Of a stretch of DNA of 61,258 bases, positions 26,210 to 36,810 are shown in pieces. Under the pieces are notes generated by a model, which made no database searches, was not told the DNA's origin, and saw nothing but the letters and a program-made list of their open reading frames with translations. Position 1 is the stretch's first letter, and the number at the start of each line of letters is the position of its first letter. This DNA is from Blastocatellia bacterium (GTDB lineage: Bacteria; Acidobacteriota; Blastocatellia; RBC074): the NCBI GenBank assembly GCA_049317725.1, contig JBMOHS010000002.1, positions 1-61,258 of the forward strand, given 5' to 3'. The position numbers and the translations under genes are program-made.

Positions 26210-27562
26210 TCAATCGTCGATCGATTGACCAACCAGCAACCGGAATCGCCACCCCGTCTCGTCGTCAGCGACGTCCCGGGTCTGCTTCATCAGGATCCCA
26301 ATGACACCTTCCTGAGGGTCGGCGAAGAACTGGGTGTTGAAGTATCCGCCCCAATCGAAGGTCCCAATGCTCCCCTGTCCCCCGCTGGCGACGCCCCGCT
26401 CCGTGACCAGACCAAAGGCCAGTCCATACTGCGCGCGCTCGTTAGTCCAGTAGTCGCGGGACATCTGCGGCGACATGATCGTCGCAATCGTCGTGCGGCT
26501 GAGGAACCGTTTTCCGCCCAACTCTCCGCCGTTGAGGTACATCTGCAGAAAGGTTGCGTAGTCCCGCGCCGTACTGCAGAGCCCCGCGCCGCCGGAGAAG
26601 AAGGACTTCGCCCCCTTGATCGGGTAGTCAGGATCGTAGAAGGTTACGGGATACGGGATCCAGCGACCGTTCTCCCGTTTGTGGACACGCACCAAGCGGT
26701 TGGCCTTCGCCTCTGGCAGGTAGAAGGCCGTGTCGTTCATTCCGAGCGGACGGAAGAGCCGCTCTTCCAGAAAGCGGTCGAAGGGTATTCCCGAGAGGAC
26801 CTCGACGAGGTAGCCGAGGACATCGAGCCCTTCGCTGTAGGTATACTTCTCGCCGGGGTGGTGGTGGAGGGGGAGACGGGCGAGCCGCCGGACACTCTCG
26901 CCGATCGTCACCCGCTCTGTCGTGAAGAGGTCGACCACGCCGGCCTTCTGGTAGAGCCGCTGAAACCGGGGATCCCCGTCGATCACCCCATACCCAAGTC
27001 CGGAAGTATGGGTCAGGAGGTGGCGGATGGTGATCTCCCGGCGAGCCGGTTCCCCCGTCCACGATCCATCCTCCTCCCGGTAGGTCTGGAGAACACGCAT
27101 CTCCTTGAACTCGGGGAGGAATTTCGAGATCGGATCGTCGAGCCGGAACCGGCCCTCTTCCCAGAGCATCATCACCGCGGTGGCGGTCATCGCCTTGCTC
27201 TGCGAAGCGATGCGGAAGATCGCCTCACGCTCCAACGGGCGTCCCGTCGCGACGTCCGCCAGCCCAAAAGCCTTGTGCAGGGCAATCTTGCCGCGCCGGG
27301 CGACCAGGGCGACCGCGCCGGGGATCTTCTGCTCGCGGATCGCCTCTTCCAGCATCCGCTCTATGCGGGCCAGCCGCTCCGCCGAGAGCCCCACCTCGCC
27401 CGGGGTGGCCGCCTCCGTTAATGGAGGCGTGATCCGTCCAGAGCGGGTCTGACCGGCGGTCAGCCCTCCCACACAGAGGATCACCACTCCCACGCAGAGG
27501 AGCGCCCAGAGAGAATTGCCCGCTGGGCACCACCGCGGCACAGTTGGCCGGTGCGTTCTCAT
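26210..27562 (-). CDS. Serine hydrolase, beta-lactamase/PBP4* (class C-like) family
   Basis: The SxxK motif is present (FRIASQSKAMTATAV). The N-terminus has a signal or anchor segment. Confidence 0.8.
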   Translation of the reverse strand: MRTHRPTVPRWCPAGNSLWALLCVGVVILCVGGLTAGQTRSGRITPPLTEAATPGEVGLSAERLARIERMLEEAIREQKIPGAVALVARRGKIALHKAFGLADVATGRPLEREAIFRIASQSKAMTATAVMMLWEEGRFRLDDPISKFLPEFKEMRVLQTYREEDGSWTGEPARREITIRHLLTHTSGLGYGVIDGDPRFQRLYQKAGVVDLFTTERVTIGESVRRLARLPLHHHPGEKYTYSEGLDVLGYLVEVLSGIPFDRFLEERLFRPLGMNDTAFYLPEAKANRLVRVHKRENGRWIPYPVTFYDPDYPIKGAKSFFSGGAGLCSTARDYATFLQMYLNGGELGGKRFLSRTTIATIMSPQMSRDYWTNERAQYGLAFGLVTERGVASGGQGSIGTFDWGGYFNTQFFADPQEGVIGILMKQTRDVADDETGWRFRLLVGQSIDD

Positions 27563-27583
27563 CGTCGTTGCCTCCGTCTGCTG

Positions 27584-28969
27584 CTACTCCCCCTGCGCTT
27601 TGCTGAACATCGCCGTCGAGCCGCTCTGGTGCAACTTTTCGATGTGCATCCAGTCGTACTGGTGGCTGATCTCTGTCAAGAGGGGGTAGATCTCGGCGTC
27701 CGTCACGGGTTGGCTCGACCGGTAGCGCAGGCGGAACCAATCGACGAGGAAGATCTCGGGGGTTGGACCGGGATAGACCTTCGTTCCCCGATTCGAGATC
27801 AGCGAGAGTTCAAGGGGCCCGACGCGCTGCGGTGGTGTCGGAAGGCCCTGGCTCTGGACAAAGACGTCGACGCCGTAGAGGGACCATTCTGCTGGTTCCC
27901 GCTCCATCCCACGATGTGCAAAGGGGCCACGGGCGGGAGCAAAGGCATTGGTCTGCCCAAGCTCGATCTCAGGGAGGGCTTCGATGATTGCTGCCGTATA
28001 CTCTTTGGTGCTGGCGGTGCCGCCGAGGTCCCGGGTCTTGATTCCCGCCCCGAGCACCGTCCGCAGTGCCGTCTCGATGCGCCTCGCCGATTCGGCGAAG
28101 CCAAGGTAGTAGAGCATCAGCGTCGACGAGAGGAGCATGGCTGTCGGGTTGGCAAGGCCTCGACCCGCAATATCTGGCGCGCTCCCGTGCACCGCCTCAA
28201 AAACAGCCCGATCGACCCCGATGTTGCCTCCCGGGGCCACACCCAGTCCCCCGACGAGCCCAGCGCAGAGATCGCTGACAATGTCTCCATACAGATTTGG
28301 CAGCACCATGACGTCGAACTGCTCCGGCCTCGTCACCAGCTGCATGCAGGCATTGTCGATGAGGATGTCATCGGCCATCAGCTCGGGATACTCCTCCGCC
28401 ACCTCGCGGAACGAATCGAGGAAGAGACCGTCCGACATCTTGTGAATATTGGCTTTGTGGACACATGTCAGGCGTCGCCGCCCCATCGACCGGGCCATCT
28501 CGAACGCATACCGGGCAATCGCCAAGCATCCCGGCCGGGTGACTACCTTGAGACACTGTGCGACATCGGGGGTCTGCCAGTGCTCGATCCCCCCATATGT
28601 ATCCTCGATGTTCTCCCGGACGAGGATCAGATCGATATTCTCAAAGCGGGTCTTGACGCCGGGGAGCGTCTTGGCGGGACGGACGTTGGCAAACAGGTCG
28701 AGGGATTTGCGAATCGTCACGTTGACGCTCTTGTGCCCTCCACCCACCGGGGTCGTTGTTGGCCCCTTGAGGGCCACCTTGTGACGGCGGATCTTCTCGA
28801 GCGTCTCCTCCGGAATTCCATTGCCATACTTCTCGACGCAGGCGAGTCCGGCCTCGGCCTCTTCCCACTCGATCGGGACGTTGAGCGCGCTGATGATCTC
28901 CATGACGGCTTCGGTGATCTCAGGACCGATGCCGTCGCCTTTGATGATGCTGACGGTTCTCTTCTCCAT
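27584..28969 (-). CDS. icd: Isocitrate/isopropylmalate dehydrogenase family enzyme (probably isocitrate dehydrogenase) with a C-terminal extension of about 100 aa
   Basis: The sequence contains VSIIKGDGIGPEITEA...LKGP..TP...S.NV..R..LDLFANVRP...LVRENIEDTYGG...NLYGDIVSD. The start MEKRTV is at 28969. Confidence 0.8.
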   Translation of the reverse strand: MEKRTVSIIKGDGIGPEITEAVMEIISALNVPIEWEEAEAGLACVEKYGNGIPEETLEKIRRHKVALKGPTTTPVGGGHKSVNVTIRKSLDLFANVRPAKTLPGVKTRFENIDLILVRENIEDTYGGIEHWQTPDVAQCLKVVTRPGCLAIARYAFEMARSMGRRRLTCVHKANIHKMSDGLFLDSFREVAEEYPELMADDILIDNACMQLVTRPEQFDVMVLPNLYGDIVSDLCAGLVGGLGVAPGGNIGVDRAVFEAVHGSAPDIAGRGLANPTAMLLSSTLMLYYLGFAESARRIETALRTVLGAGIKTRDLGGTASTKEYTAAIIEALPEIELGQTNAFAPARGPFAHRGMEREPAEWSLYGVDVFVQSQGLPTPPQRVGPLELSLISNRGTKVYPGPTPEIFLVDWFRLRYRSSQPVTDAEIYPLLTEISHQYDWMHIEKLHQSGSTAMFSKAQGE

Positions 28970-29325
28970 TGCCTCTCTCAATCCGTTAAGGGCCAATCGT
29001 GTCTGGTCGCCGGTCTTCTTCCAGATGCTTTCTTGATCACCACGCTTCCGCGCGAGGATCGATGTGATCGTGGAACGCAGAACCCTCTTCAACGAGTGGA
29101 TCTGGACAATCCGGGGCGCTGATCGGAACGTCGTCTGGATTTGAGCATGCCATTCCAGCGGCCGTCAACGCTGCCCCCCCCTCTTTCCCAGAGCGGCTGT
29201 TGCGCGAGGCGGACCAGCGCTGCTGCTTGCATGCCGCTTCGGGATTGCGTATGCTTCCCAGTTTATGGAGTTCTGGCAGGAGACCCTGTTGGAGAACCAA
29301 GATATCTCGTAATTACCCACGCAAC

Positions 29326-29515
29326 GGAAGACGAGATGGAACTACGGAGACACCGAGATCACCGAGAAGAAGGTTGGAAATGGGGTCTGGCCAACAGACG
29401 ACGAATTTGGATCAGATGGAGCTGTCATCATTCGCAGGTAGGATACCTTGAAGTTCACCAATGCGGTGAGTAGTTCCGAAATATCTTGAATATCTTGGCA
29501 GAGTGACGCTGCGCC
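29326..29515 (+). repeat. Intergenic repeat family, copy A (carries two insertions relative to copy B)
   Basis: 29326-29377 aligns without gaps to 42348-42399 (40 of 52 positions by my count; the core gagatcaccgaga.gaag is identical). 29441-29474 aligns to 42398-42431 (26 of 34; ttgaa.ttca....atgc.gtgagtagt). Weaker similarity continues at tggcaga. Confidence 0.6.
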
Positions 29516-29603
29516 CTCATTCCACCCCTCTTCTTCGTGGTTGGAGACAATGGCCCGCAGCAATTCGCAACAAAATTCGCAAAGATTGGATTGAGTGGTG
29601 CGC

Positions 29604-30563
29604 ATGGGCAAACTCAAGATCTGCTATCACGGGAACTGTTTTGATGGAGTCTCTTCCGCAGCCGTCTTTTCCCGTTTGTACGAGGAGCGGCTGCGACCAG
29701 GGTGGGAGCGGGCTTTCGAGCCCATGATGCACCGGGCAGGGGCGCTCTTCGATGAGCACGCCTTTGACGGTGACGAGAATGCCATCGTCGACTTTAAGTA
29801 CAGCAGCTCCCCGCGGTTGACGTGGTGGTTCGATCACCACAAGAGCGCCTTTCTGACGCCGGAGGACGAAGCCCACTTTCGCGCTGATACGAGTGGGCGG
29901 AAGTTCCTCGACGCTGGATACAAGTCGTGCACCAAATTCATTGCCGACATCGGGGCGAGTCGGTTTGGCTTCGATCCCGCCCCCTTGGCGGAGTTGGTCG
30001 ATTGGGCCAATCGGATTGATGGCGCCCTCTACGACAGCCCTGAGGAGCCCGTGGGAATGCACCATCCGGCCTTTCTTCTGGCGATGGTCATCGAGGCTGA
30101 TCGGGATCCAGCCCTCATCGAGCGCATCATTCGCGATCTGCAGGTGCGCTCTCTTTCGGAGGTCGCGCAGTTGGACTATGTGCGGGAGCGCTTGGAGCCG
30201 CTGACGGAGCGCCACCGGCAAGCGATCGAGACGATTCGGTTACGCTCGGTCGTCACTGGACGAGTGATCTTCTTTGACGTGGCGGGCGATGATATGGAGG
30301 GGTATAACAAGTTCATCCCCTACTATCTCCATCCAGAGGTCACCTATAGCGTCAGCGTCAGCCAGTCCTCCTATCGATCGAAGGTCTCGGTCGGCTCAAA
30401 TCCCTGGGCACCGCAGCCACGCACCCACGACTTGGCAGCGATCTGTGAGCGCTATGGCGGAGGTGGCCACGCGGTGGTGGCGGCGATCTCCCTCCCCCCT
30501 GGTGAGCTGGACGACGCCCGGCGGATCGCCCAAGAGGTCGTCACCGAACTGTTGCGCGGATAG
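29604..30563 (+). CDS. DHH-superfamily phosphoesterase-like protein
   Basis: DHH motif I-like ([15 protein letters not shown]), DHH (WWFDHHKS) and a DHHA1-like GGGH ([13 protein letters not shown]) are present. Confidence 0.65.
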   Translation: MGKLKICYHGNCFDGVSSAAVFSRLYEERLRPGWERAFEPMMHRAGALFDEHAFDGDENAIVDFKYSSSPRLTWWFDHHKSAFLTPEDEAHFRADTSGRKFLDAGYKSCTKFIADIGASRFGFDPAPLAELVDWANRIDGALYDSPEEPVGMHHPAFLLAMVIEADRDPALIERIIRDLQVRSLSEVAQLDYVRERLEPLTERHRQAIETIRLRSVVTGRVIFFDVAGDDMEGYNKFIPYYLHPEVTYSVSVSQSSYRSKVSVGSNPWAPQPRTHDLAAICERYGGGGHAVVAAISLPPGELDDARRIAQEVVTELLRG

Positions 30564-30682
30564 ATCGGATAGAGCGGATGAAATGGCCGTTCGGTTGGGT
30601 GAGCGGGTCCGCCACTTCAGTCAGGACCAGCGCCTCCCTGAATGGACGGAGTCAGACTCGACTGAATCGAAAGGATCCTACA

Positions 30683-31210
30683 ATGATGATGAAGAAGAGC
30701 AGAGCCACGGCAGGTCTTCCAGCGACAGCTTCTCCCGATCGGCCAGCCGGGCGGCCGCGGCTCTCCCCGCCTCCCGTCCGCGAGATTACGCCAGAGGCCG
30801 GCATCGAGATTCGGTCGACTCCGCCGGAGGAGATGAACCTCTCTCCGCTCGACACGTTCGCCTACGACTATCCCGGCTCCCGCATTGAGATCAGCTTTAC
30901 CTCGGAGGAGTTCACCGCGATCTGCCCCTTCTCCGACTTTCCGGATTTTGCGACCCTCCATCTGCGGTACGTTCCCCACCTGCGCTGCATCGAGCTGAAA
31001 TCGCTCAAGCTCTATATCAACTCCTTCCGGGGGGTGAAGATCTTTCACGAACACGTCATCAATCAGATCCGCCAGGACTTAGTCGAGGCTTGCGATCCCT
31101 TGGAGTTGACGATCGAGGGAGATTTTCACGTACGGGGAAACATCAAGACGGTCGTACGAACGAGCTATACGCGCCCAGCCTCTTCGCGGCCCCGCGCGGG
31201 TCGGCGGTGA
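30683..31210 (+). CDS. queF: NADPH-dependent 7-cyano-7-deazaguanine reductase (type I QueF)
   Basis: The sequence contains [25 protein letters not shown]...[13 protein letters not shown]...FHE. ATG at 30683 has an AAAGGA SD at 7 nt. The alternative ATG at 30833 has an SD that is too close. Confidence 0.85.
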   Translation: MMMKKSRATAGLPATASPDRPAGRPRLSPPPVREITPEAGIEIRSTPPEEMNLSPLDTFAYDYPGSRIEISFTSEEFTAICPFSDFPDFATLHLRYVPHLRCIELKSLKLYINSFRGVKIFHEHVINQIRQDLVEACDPLELTIEGDFHVRGNIKTVVRTSYTRPASSRPRAGRR

Positions 31211-31276
31211 GCGGGCCGTCTGCCAGTTGAAGAGGTCGAGAGAACGGTTGGTCCGGACGAAAGAGGAGGGGGGGCG

Positions 31277-31984
31277 ATGTTCTGTCCACGATGTGCCAGC
31301 ACCGCGATCGAAGGGCAACGCTTCTGTCGGAGTTGCGGGATGAACCTCGGCGTGATCCTCGACGCGATCGAGGGCAAACGGGGACCGATCGATTTTGAGA
31401 CGCTCAAGCGAGACTTGCGCGACCTCGGAGCCAACCTGCGGAGCGGGTTCGAAGGTGCGGGCAGCGCGATCAAACGGACCGCGCGCCTCGATGCCGGCGG
31501 GGCAGGTGGGATGGTCTCGGGTACCGACGCAGCACCACAGACCTCCGGTTCATCTCCCCGGCGGGAAGGGAAGCGCTCCCGGACCGCCCGTTCCCGAACG
31601 GAGAGCTTTCAACGCGCCGTGGAGTCCCTGCTGGGCGGCGGTGCCATGCTGGGGGTCTGGGCCTTCCTGCTCCATCGAGCCTATGGGGCAGGCCTCTTGG
31701 AGAGCCTCGCCCGAGTGATCACGCAGGAGTCTGGCTACCTCATCCAGGGCTTGCCAGAGGTCCTGGAATCGCTCTGGGTATTGGCCCTGATCCCGATCGG
31801 TCAGGGAGTCGGACACCTCATCAATGGGATCTTCTTTGCGCCGAAGGCCGCCCCTCAACCGGCTGGACCTGCGCCTGTCGACCTCCCTCAGCCAATGCCA
31901 GCCGCCGAGAGGATCCCCCCATCGGCCGTCAGCGTGACCGAGGATCCAACCCTTCGGCTACTCCAGAAGGAGGAGTCTCTCTGA
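31277..31984 (+). CDS. Zinc-ribbon domain membrane protein of unknown function
   Basis: The N-terminus is MFCPRCASTAIEGQRFCRSCGMNLG, with hydrophobic helices in the C-terminal half. A strong SD (GAGGAGGGGGG) precedes the start. Confidence 0.5.
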   Translation: MFCPRCASTAIEGQRFCRSCGMNLGVILDAIEGKRGPIDFETLKRDLRDLGANLRSGFEGAGSAIKRTARLDAGGAGGMVSGTDAAPQTSGSSPRREGKRSRTARSRTESFQRAVESLLGGGAMLGVWAFLLHRAYGAGLLESLARVITQESGYLIQGLPEVLESLWVLALIPIGQGVGHLINGIFFAPKAAPQPAGPAPVDLPQPMPAAERIPPSAVSVTEDPTLRLLQKEESL

Positions 31985-32007
31985 GGACGCTCCTCCGTCG
32001 GGAGGAA

Positions 32008-33153
32008 TCAGACATCGAGGGGGAGGTGCTCGACGATCTCCAGTTGAAACCCTTCGAGAGCCGAGAGTCTCGGCGGACGGTTGGTGAGGAGTCGCAATTT
32101 GCGTACGCCCAGGTCGTGGAGAATCTGGGCTCCTGTGCCGTAGTCGCGGACTTCTCGCATCAGGTCGCTGCCGTCGGAGCGCTCGCTTGTCCCCCCCGCT
32201 TCCAGCAGAGAGCCCGCTCCATGATAGTGGGTCAGTTGATCCGCGAGTCCGACCCCCTCCATCTCCTGTTTAAGGTAAAGGACGATGCCCCTGCCAGCTT
32301 CCCGGATCAGGCGCAGCGCAACCTGGAGATGCGCGCCGTGACTGTCGTGTAAGCTCCCAAAGACATCACTGAGGACCGACTGGGTATGGACCCGGACGAG
32401 GATGGGCGTCTCTGGATCGATCTCACCCATGACCATGGCAAGGTGGACCTCCTGGTTGAGCTGGTTCTGGTAGGCGATCGCCCGGAAGTCGCCGTGGATG
32501 GTCGGGACGACCGCCTCGGTCAGCCGTTGGACCGAGCGTTCCGTGCGGATTCGGTAACGAATCAGATCGGCGACGGAGATGATGCGCAGTCCGTGCCGCG
32601 CGGCGAAGGACTCCAATTCGGGCAGTCTCGACATCGTCCCGTCATCGTTCATGATCTCGCAGATGACGCCGGAAGGGTGCAGCCCGGCGAGGCGGGCAAG
32701 ATCGACGCTCGCCTCGGTCTGCCCCGGCCGCATGAGGACTCCCCCTGGACGAGCCCGGAGCGGAAAGATGTGGCCAGGCCGAACCAGATCGGTGGGGCTC
32801 GCTCCTGGGGCGACGGCCGTCAGAATGGTTGTTGCCCGGTCTGCCGCCGAGATTCCCGTGGTCACTCCCTGCCGCGCCTCGATCGAGACGGTGAAGGCGG
32901 TTCCAAAGCGGGTCCCGTTCTCCTGATCTGTCACCTGGAGCGGGAGCTGGAGCGTCCGGCACTGCTCCTCCGTCAGGGAGAGGCAGATCAGCCCTCGTCC
33001 TTCCCGCGCCATGAAGTTGATGATCTCGGGCGTCACCTTCTCGGCGGCACAGGCGAGATCCCCTTCGTTCTCCCGGTCTTCATCATCGACGATGATGACC
33101 ATCCGTCCAGCTTGAATGTCAGCGATCGCTTCTGCAATGGTCGCAAGCGGCAT
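32008..33153 (-). CDS. ribBA: Bifunctional 3,4-dihydroxy-2-butanone-4-phosphate synthase / GTP cyclohydrolase II
   Basis: The sequence contains [15 protein letters not shown]...[12 protein letters not shown]...[10 protein letters not shown]. The start is 33153 or 33171. Confidence 0.9.
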   Translation of the reverse strand: MPLATIAEAIADIQAGRMVIIVDDEDRENEGDLACAAEKVTPEIINFMAREGRGLICLSLTEEQCRTLQLPLQVTDQENGTRFGTAFTVSIEARQGVTTGISAADRATTILTAVAPGASPTDLVRPGHIFPLRARPGGVLMRPGQTEASVDLARLAGLHPSGVICEIMNDDGTMSRLPELESFAARHGLRIISVADLIRYRIRTERSVQRLTEAVVPTIHGDFRAIAYQNQLNQEVHLAMVMGEIDPETPILVRVHTQSVLSDVFGSLHDSHGAHLQVALRLIREAGRGIVLYLKQEMEGVGLADQLTHYHGAGSLLEAGGTSERSDGSDLMREVRDYGTGAQILHDLGVRKLRLLTNRPPRLSALEGFQLEIVEHLPLDV

Positions 33154-33158
33154 AATCG

Positions 33159-33815
33159 TCAGTAACCCCAATCCTGCAGTTGTTCGAGCGTGAGGGCCCC
33201 TCCCTCTCTTTTGGGTGAGGAAGGGAGGCGAGGATCGAGCATCCGCTCGACATATTTGGCGATGATATCGACTTCAAGGTTGACGACGGCCCCGGGGCCA
33301 CGGGTCTGCAGATTGGTCGCCCGCCAAGTCTGAGGGATGACTGCAATCTCGAACCACTGATCGGTCAGACGGGCAATCGTCAGGCTGATGCCGTCCACTG
33401 CCACTGACCCCTTTTCGACAAAGTAACGCCCCAATTCGGGCGGATAGGAGATGCGGATGACCCAGCCATCGCCGGACGGCTGGGCCTCCAGCCAGTGCCC
33501 CGTGGCGTCGACGTGCCCCTGGACGAGGTGCCCTCCCATTCTGGTCGTCGGCGTGAGGGCCCGTTCCAGGTTGACGCTCGTTCCGGTGGAGACCGACTGC
33601 AGGCTGGTCCGACGGACGGTCTCGGCCGACATGTCGGCTCTGAAAAATTGGGAACCGAGGGTAACGGCGGTCAGGCAGACTCCGTTGACGGCGATGCTGT
33701 CCCCGATGCGGGTGCCTTCGAGGATCCTCCCTGCCGCGATCTCGATCCGAGCCCCTGCCCGCCCCGGGACGAGGCTTCTCACTGTACCCAGCTCTTCAAT
33801 GATGCCAGTGAACAT
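33159..33815 (-). CDS. ribE: Riboflavin synthase (alpha chain)
   Basis: The sequence contains [12 protein letters not shown]...[12 protein letters not shown]...[11 protein letters not shown]. Confidence 0.9.
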   Translation of the reverse strand: MFTGIIEELGTVRSLVPGRAGARIEIAAGRILEGTRIGDSIAVNGVCLTAVTLGSQFFRADMSAETVRRTSLQSVSTGTSVNLERALTPTTRMGGHLVQGHVDATGHWLEAQPSGDGWVIRISYPPELGRYFVEKGSVAVDGISLTIARLTDQWFEIAVIPQTWRATNLQTRGPGAVVNLEVDIIAKYVERMLDPRLPSSPKREGGALTLEQLQDWGY

Positions 33816-33827
33816 ATTCGATCGTTT

Positions 33828-34565
33828 TCACCTCTCCTGGCTTGGCTGGTCTGGACGATCTGGCGGTGCTGGAAGGCACGCCAGAATGGCCTCGATCACG
33901 CTATCGATGGTCATCTCCGAAGAGTCGAGGTAGAGGGCATCTGCCGCCTGGACGAGCGGAGAGTCGGCGCGACTCCGATCCCGTGCGTCCCGCTCCTCGA
34001 TCTCCATCTGAATCTGCGCGAGCGGCGGGCTCGCCGGGCCCCGCTGCTGCTCCTCCAGCCAGCGACGCTGGGCCCGAGCCTGCGCCGTCGCGTCGAGAAA
34101 GACCTTGATGTCGGCGTTGGGAAAGACGTGCGTCCCGATGTCCCGCCCCTCCATAACGACCCCGCCGTCGGTGCCGAGCGCTTGCTGTTGGGCGACCAGT
34201 GCGCGTCGGACCGCAGGAATTGCTGAGACGATCGAGGCAGCTCGACTGATCTCTGGCGTGACGATGGCCCGGGTGACGACCTGACCATCGATCTCCACTT
34301 CCAGCGCGTCGACTGGCCCACTCAACTCGATGACGGCACGCCGGGCGAGGTTTCCGATCGCTTCCACATCCTCCAGGGCAATTCCCTCCGCCAGTGCCTT
34401 CCAGGCAACGGCGCGGTACATGGCCCCAGTATTGATGAAGAGATAGCCGAGCCGCCGGGCGATTTCGCGCGCGATCGTACTCTTTCCCGCGCCGGCCGGG
34501 CCATCGATCGCGATAATCAGCCCCTTCTGCCCCTTATACCCCTTATGCCCCTTATGCTTGGTCAT
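33828..34565 (-). CDS. cmk: Cytidylate kinase with a short basic (H/Y/Q)KG-repeat N-terminal tail
   Basis: The sequence contains [39 protein letters not shown]. The start [15 protein letters not shown] is at 34565. Confidence 0.9.
   Translation of the reverse strand: MTKHKGHKGYKGQKGLIIAIDGPAGAGKSTIAREIARRLGYLFINTGAMYRAVAWKALAEGIALEDVEAIGNLARRAVIELSGPVDALEVEIDGQVVTRAIVTPEISRAASIVSAIPAVRRALVAQQQALGTDGGVVMEGRDIGTHVFPNADIKVFLDATAQARAQRRWLEEQQRGPASPPLAQIQMEIEERDARDRSRADSPLVQAADALYLDSSEMTIDSVIEAILACLPAPPDRPDQPSQER
34521..34556. repeat. Four tandem 9-nt repeats (cccctt[c/a]t[g/a])
   Basis: The + strand reads ccccttctg ccccttata ccccttatg ccccttatg. On the minus strand this encodes the [12 protein letters not shown] tail of cmk, and it includes the ltaE stop codon. 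Confidence 0.8.
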
Positions 34566-35610
34566 CCGGCCCCCTTTCGAGCAGGCGGGCAATGGCCGTC
34601 AGCGTCTCCTTGATCTGAGGGAAGCTGACATCGCAGTGGGTCACCATTCGCATCCGCCGTGGGCCGATCCCGTTGGCGAGGATCGACTCGGAGCGGAGCG
34701 CGGCGGAGAGTTGATCGGTCGTCCAGCGATCATCGCCAAGATCGAAGATGACGATGTTGGTCTCCACCCTCTCCGGGTCGATGACGATCCCAGGCAGCTC
34801 GGCGAGTCCCCTGGCCAGCCGTTGGGCTTTGGCGTGATCCTCCGCGAGCTTGGCAGGGGATTCGCGCAGCGCGATCAAACCGGCAGCAGCCAAGACGCCG
34901 ACCTGCCGCATTCCCCCGCCGAGAAGTTTCCGCAGCGAGACCGCCGCTTCGATGAGCGGTTTTGACCCGACGATCATCGACCCGATCGGCGCGCCCAGCC
35001 CTTTCGAGAGGCAGAACATGACGGTCTCGAATGGCCGGGCGATCTCGGCGACTCCCCTCCCCAGTGCAAGGCCCGCATTGAAGATCCGCGCACCGTCGAG
35101 GTGAGTCGGAAGCCCGAGCGCACGCGCCCCATCGCAGATCTCCCGCATCTCCTCGATCGACATGACGGTTCCACCCGCCATATTGTGCGAGTTCTCCAGG
35201 GCAATCAGCGAGGTCGGCGTCACGTAGTAGGGGGCCCCGAAATGGATCGCCGCCCGAACCTTCTCCCATCCCAGCCGGCCATTCTCCCCCGCAATGGGAC
35301 GAAGGGTTACACCGGAGAGCATCGCTGCCGCCCCCATCTCGTAGTTATAGATGTGAGACCGCTCCTCGACGACCACTTCCGTTCCCGGACGGGTCAGGAG
35401 TCGGACGCAGATCTGATTGCCCATCGTTCCCGATGGGACAAAGAGGGCCGCCTCCTTCTCAAAGAGCGCCGCTGCCTCCTCCTGGAGTCGATTGACGGTC
35501 GGGTCTTCAAAGTAGACATCATCTCCCACCTCGGCAGCGGCCATCGCCCGCCGCATCCCTTCCGTGGGCTTGGTTACCGTATCGCTGCGCAGGTCGATCC
35601 ATTGCTCCAT
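34552..35610 (-). CDS. ltaE: Low-specificity L-threonine aldolase
   Basis: The sequence contains [39 protein letters not shown]...SGTMGNQ...CLSKGLGAP. Confidence 0.85.
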   Translation of the reverse strand: MEQWIDLRSDTVTKPTEGMRRAMAAAEVGDDVYFEDPTVNRLQEEAAALFEKEAALFVPSGTMGNQICVRLLTRPGTEVVVEERSHIYNYEMGAAAMLSGVTLRPIAGENGRLGWEKVRAAIHFGAPYYVTPTSLIALENSHNMAGGTVMSIEEMREICDGARALGLPTHLDGARIFNAGLALGRGVAEIARPFETVMFCLSKGLGAPIGSMIVGSKPLIEAAVSLRKLLGGGMRQVGVLAAAGLIALRESPAKLAEDHAKAQRLARGLAELPGIVIDPERVETNIVIFDLGDDRWTTDQLSAALRSESILANGIGPRRMRMVTHCDVSFPQIKETLTAIARLLERGPDDQA

Positions 35611-35643
35611 CTCGCGTGCCGCTCCTCTTCTTCCTCTCCCAGA

Positions 35644-36786
35644 TCAGACAAAGATTGTGAAGACCTCATTGGCGAGCACCTTGCCGGCCCGCGTGATCCG
35701 CAGATGGGTTGGCGTCCACTCGAGAAGCCCCGCCTCCACCAACCGCTCCAACTCCTCCCCGTACAGATCCTTGATCGAGACCCCAAACCTCGCTTCGTGC
35801 GCCGCCACCTCGACCCCCTCCTCCAATCGCAGTTGCAGGAAGAGCGCCTCTCCCTGCCGGTCGGCCTCGTCAAGGACTGTTCGTTCGGCGATCGGGGAGC
35901 TTCCTCCTTCGATGAGTGCCAGATAGTTGTGCAGGTGACGTTGATTCGTCCAGCGTGCCCCGCCGTCGTAGCCCGCCGCCGAGACCCCAAAGGCGGCATA
36001 GGGGGCTCCAGTCCAATACTTCAGATTGTGGCGTGACTGGCAACCCGGTCGGGCCCAATTGGAGATCTCATACTGGCCGAATCCGTGACGGGGAGCCTCG
36101 TCAACCAGGGCATAGTACATGGCGACGGTCACCTCGTCCTCGATTGCGCGCAGCTCTCCACGCTCGATCCGGTGGGAGAGGGGGGCGTCCGGGTAGAGCT
36201 CAAGCAGGTAGACGGAGAGATGGTCGGGGGCAAGAGCGAAGATCTCCGCCAGGTTCCGCTCCCACGTCTCGAACCGCTGCTCCGGCAGCCCCGCAATCAG
36301 GTCGAGGCTGAGGTTGTCGAAACCGGCTCTCCGCGCCATCGACACTGCGCGGCGCGCCTCCTCCGCCTGGTGGGTGCGACCGATCATCACCAGTTCCCCG
36401 TCGTCGAAGGATTGCACGCCAAAGCTGATGCGGTTGATCCCTGTCTGGCGGATCTCGCGCAACCGCTCCTCGGAGATCGATCCAGGGTTGGCCTCGATCG
36501 TCACCTCCGCGTGCCGGTCGATGAAGAATGTCTGGTCGATCGTTTCGAGAATCCCCCCGAGCTGGGCAGGCGTGAGGGTCGTCGGGGTCCCTCCTCCAAA
36601 GTAGATCGTCTCGACCCTCGTCTGTGCCGGGGGCCACTCCCGCCCGGCAATCTCTTCGCGGATCGCCCGCACATATCGCGCCGCCAGCTCCTCTTCATAG
36701 CCGCCCGTCACAAAATTGCAATAATGGCAGCGCGTCGCGCAGAACGGAATATGCAGATAGATGCCGGCAGGAGATGTCTCGCTCAT
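35644..36786 (-). CDS. hemW: Radical SAM family heme chaperone HemW (HemN-like)
   Basis: The sequence contains [17 protein letters not shown]...GGGTPT. Confidence 0.85.
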   Translation of the reverse strand: MSETSPAGIYLHIPFCATRCHYCNFVTGGYEEELAARYVRAIREEIAGREWPPAQTRVETIYFGGGTPTTLTPAQLGGILETIDQTFFIDRHAEVTIEANPGSISEERLREIRQTGINRISFGVQSFDDGELVMIGRTHQAEEARRAVSMARRAGFDNLSLDLIAGLPEQRFETWERNLAEIFALAPDHLSVYLLELYPDAPLSHRIERGELRAIEDEVTVAMYYALVDEAPRHGFGQYEISNWARPGCQSRHNLKYWTGAPYAAFGVSAAGYDGGARWTNQRHLHNYLALIEGGSSPIAERTVLDEADRQGEALFLQLRLEEGVEVAAHEARFGVSIKDLYGEELERLVEAGLLEWTPTHLRITRAGKVLANEVFTIFV

Positions 36787-36810
36787 CGCTCAGGAGTATA
36801 GCACGACCTG

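Noticed and set aside
29335-29617. Small ORFs over repeat copy A: + strand MELRRHRDHREEGWKW... (45 aa, 29335-29472) and minus strand 29342..29617 (91 aa).
   Set aside because: The homologous copy B does not preserve either reading frame (frame shifts and an early stop). The minus-strand ORF would also overlap the divergent DHH gene start. The conservation is better explained at nucleotide level.
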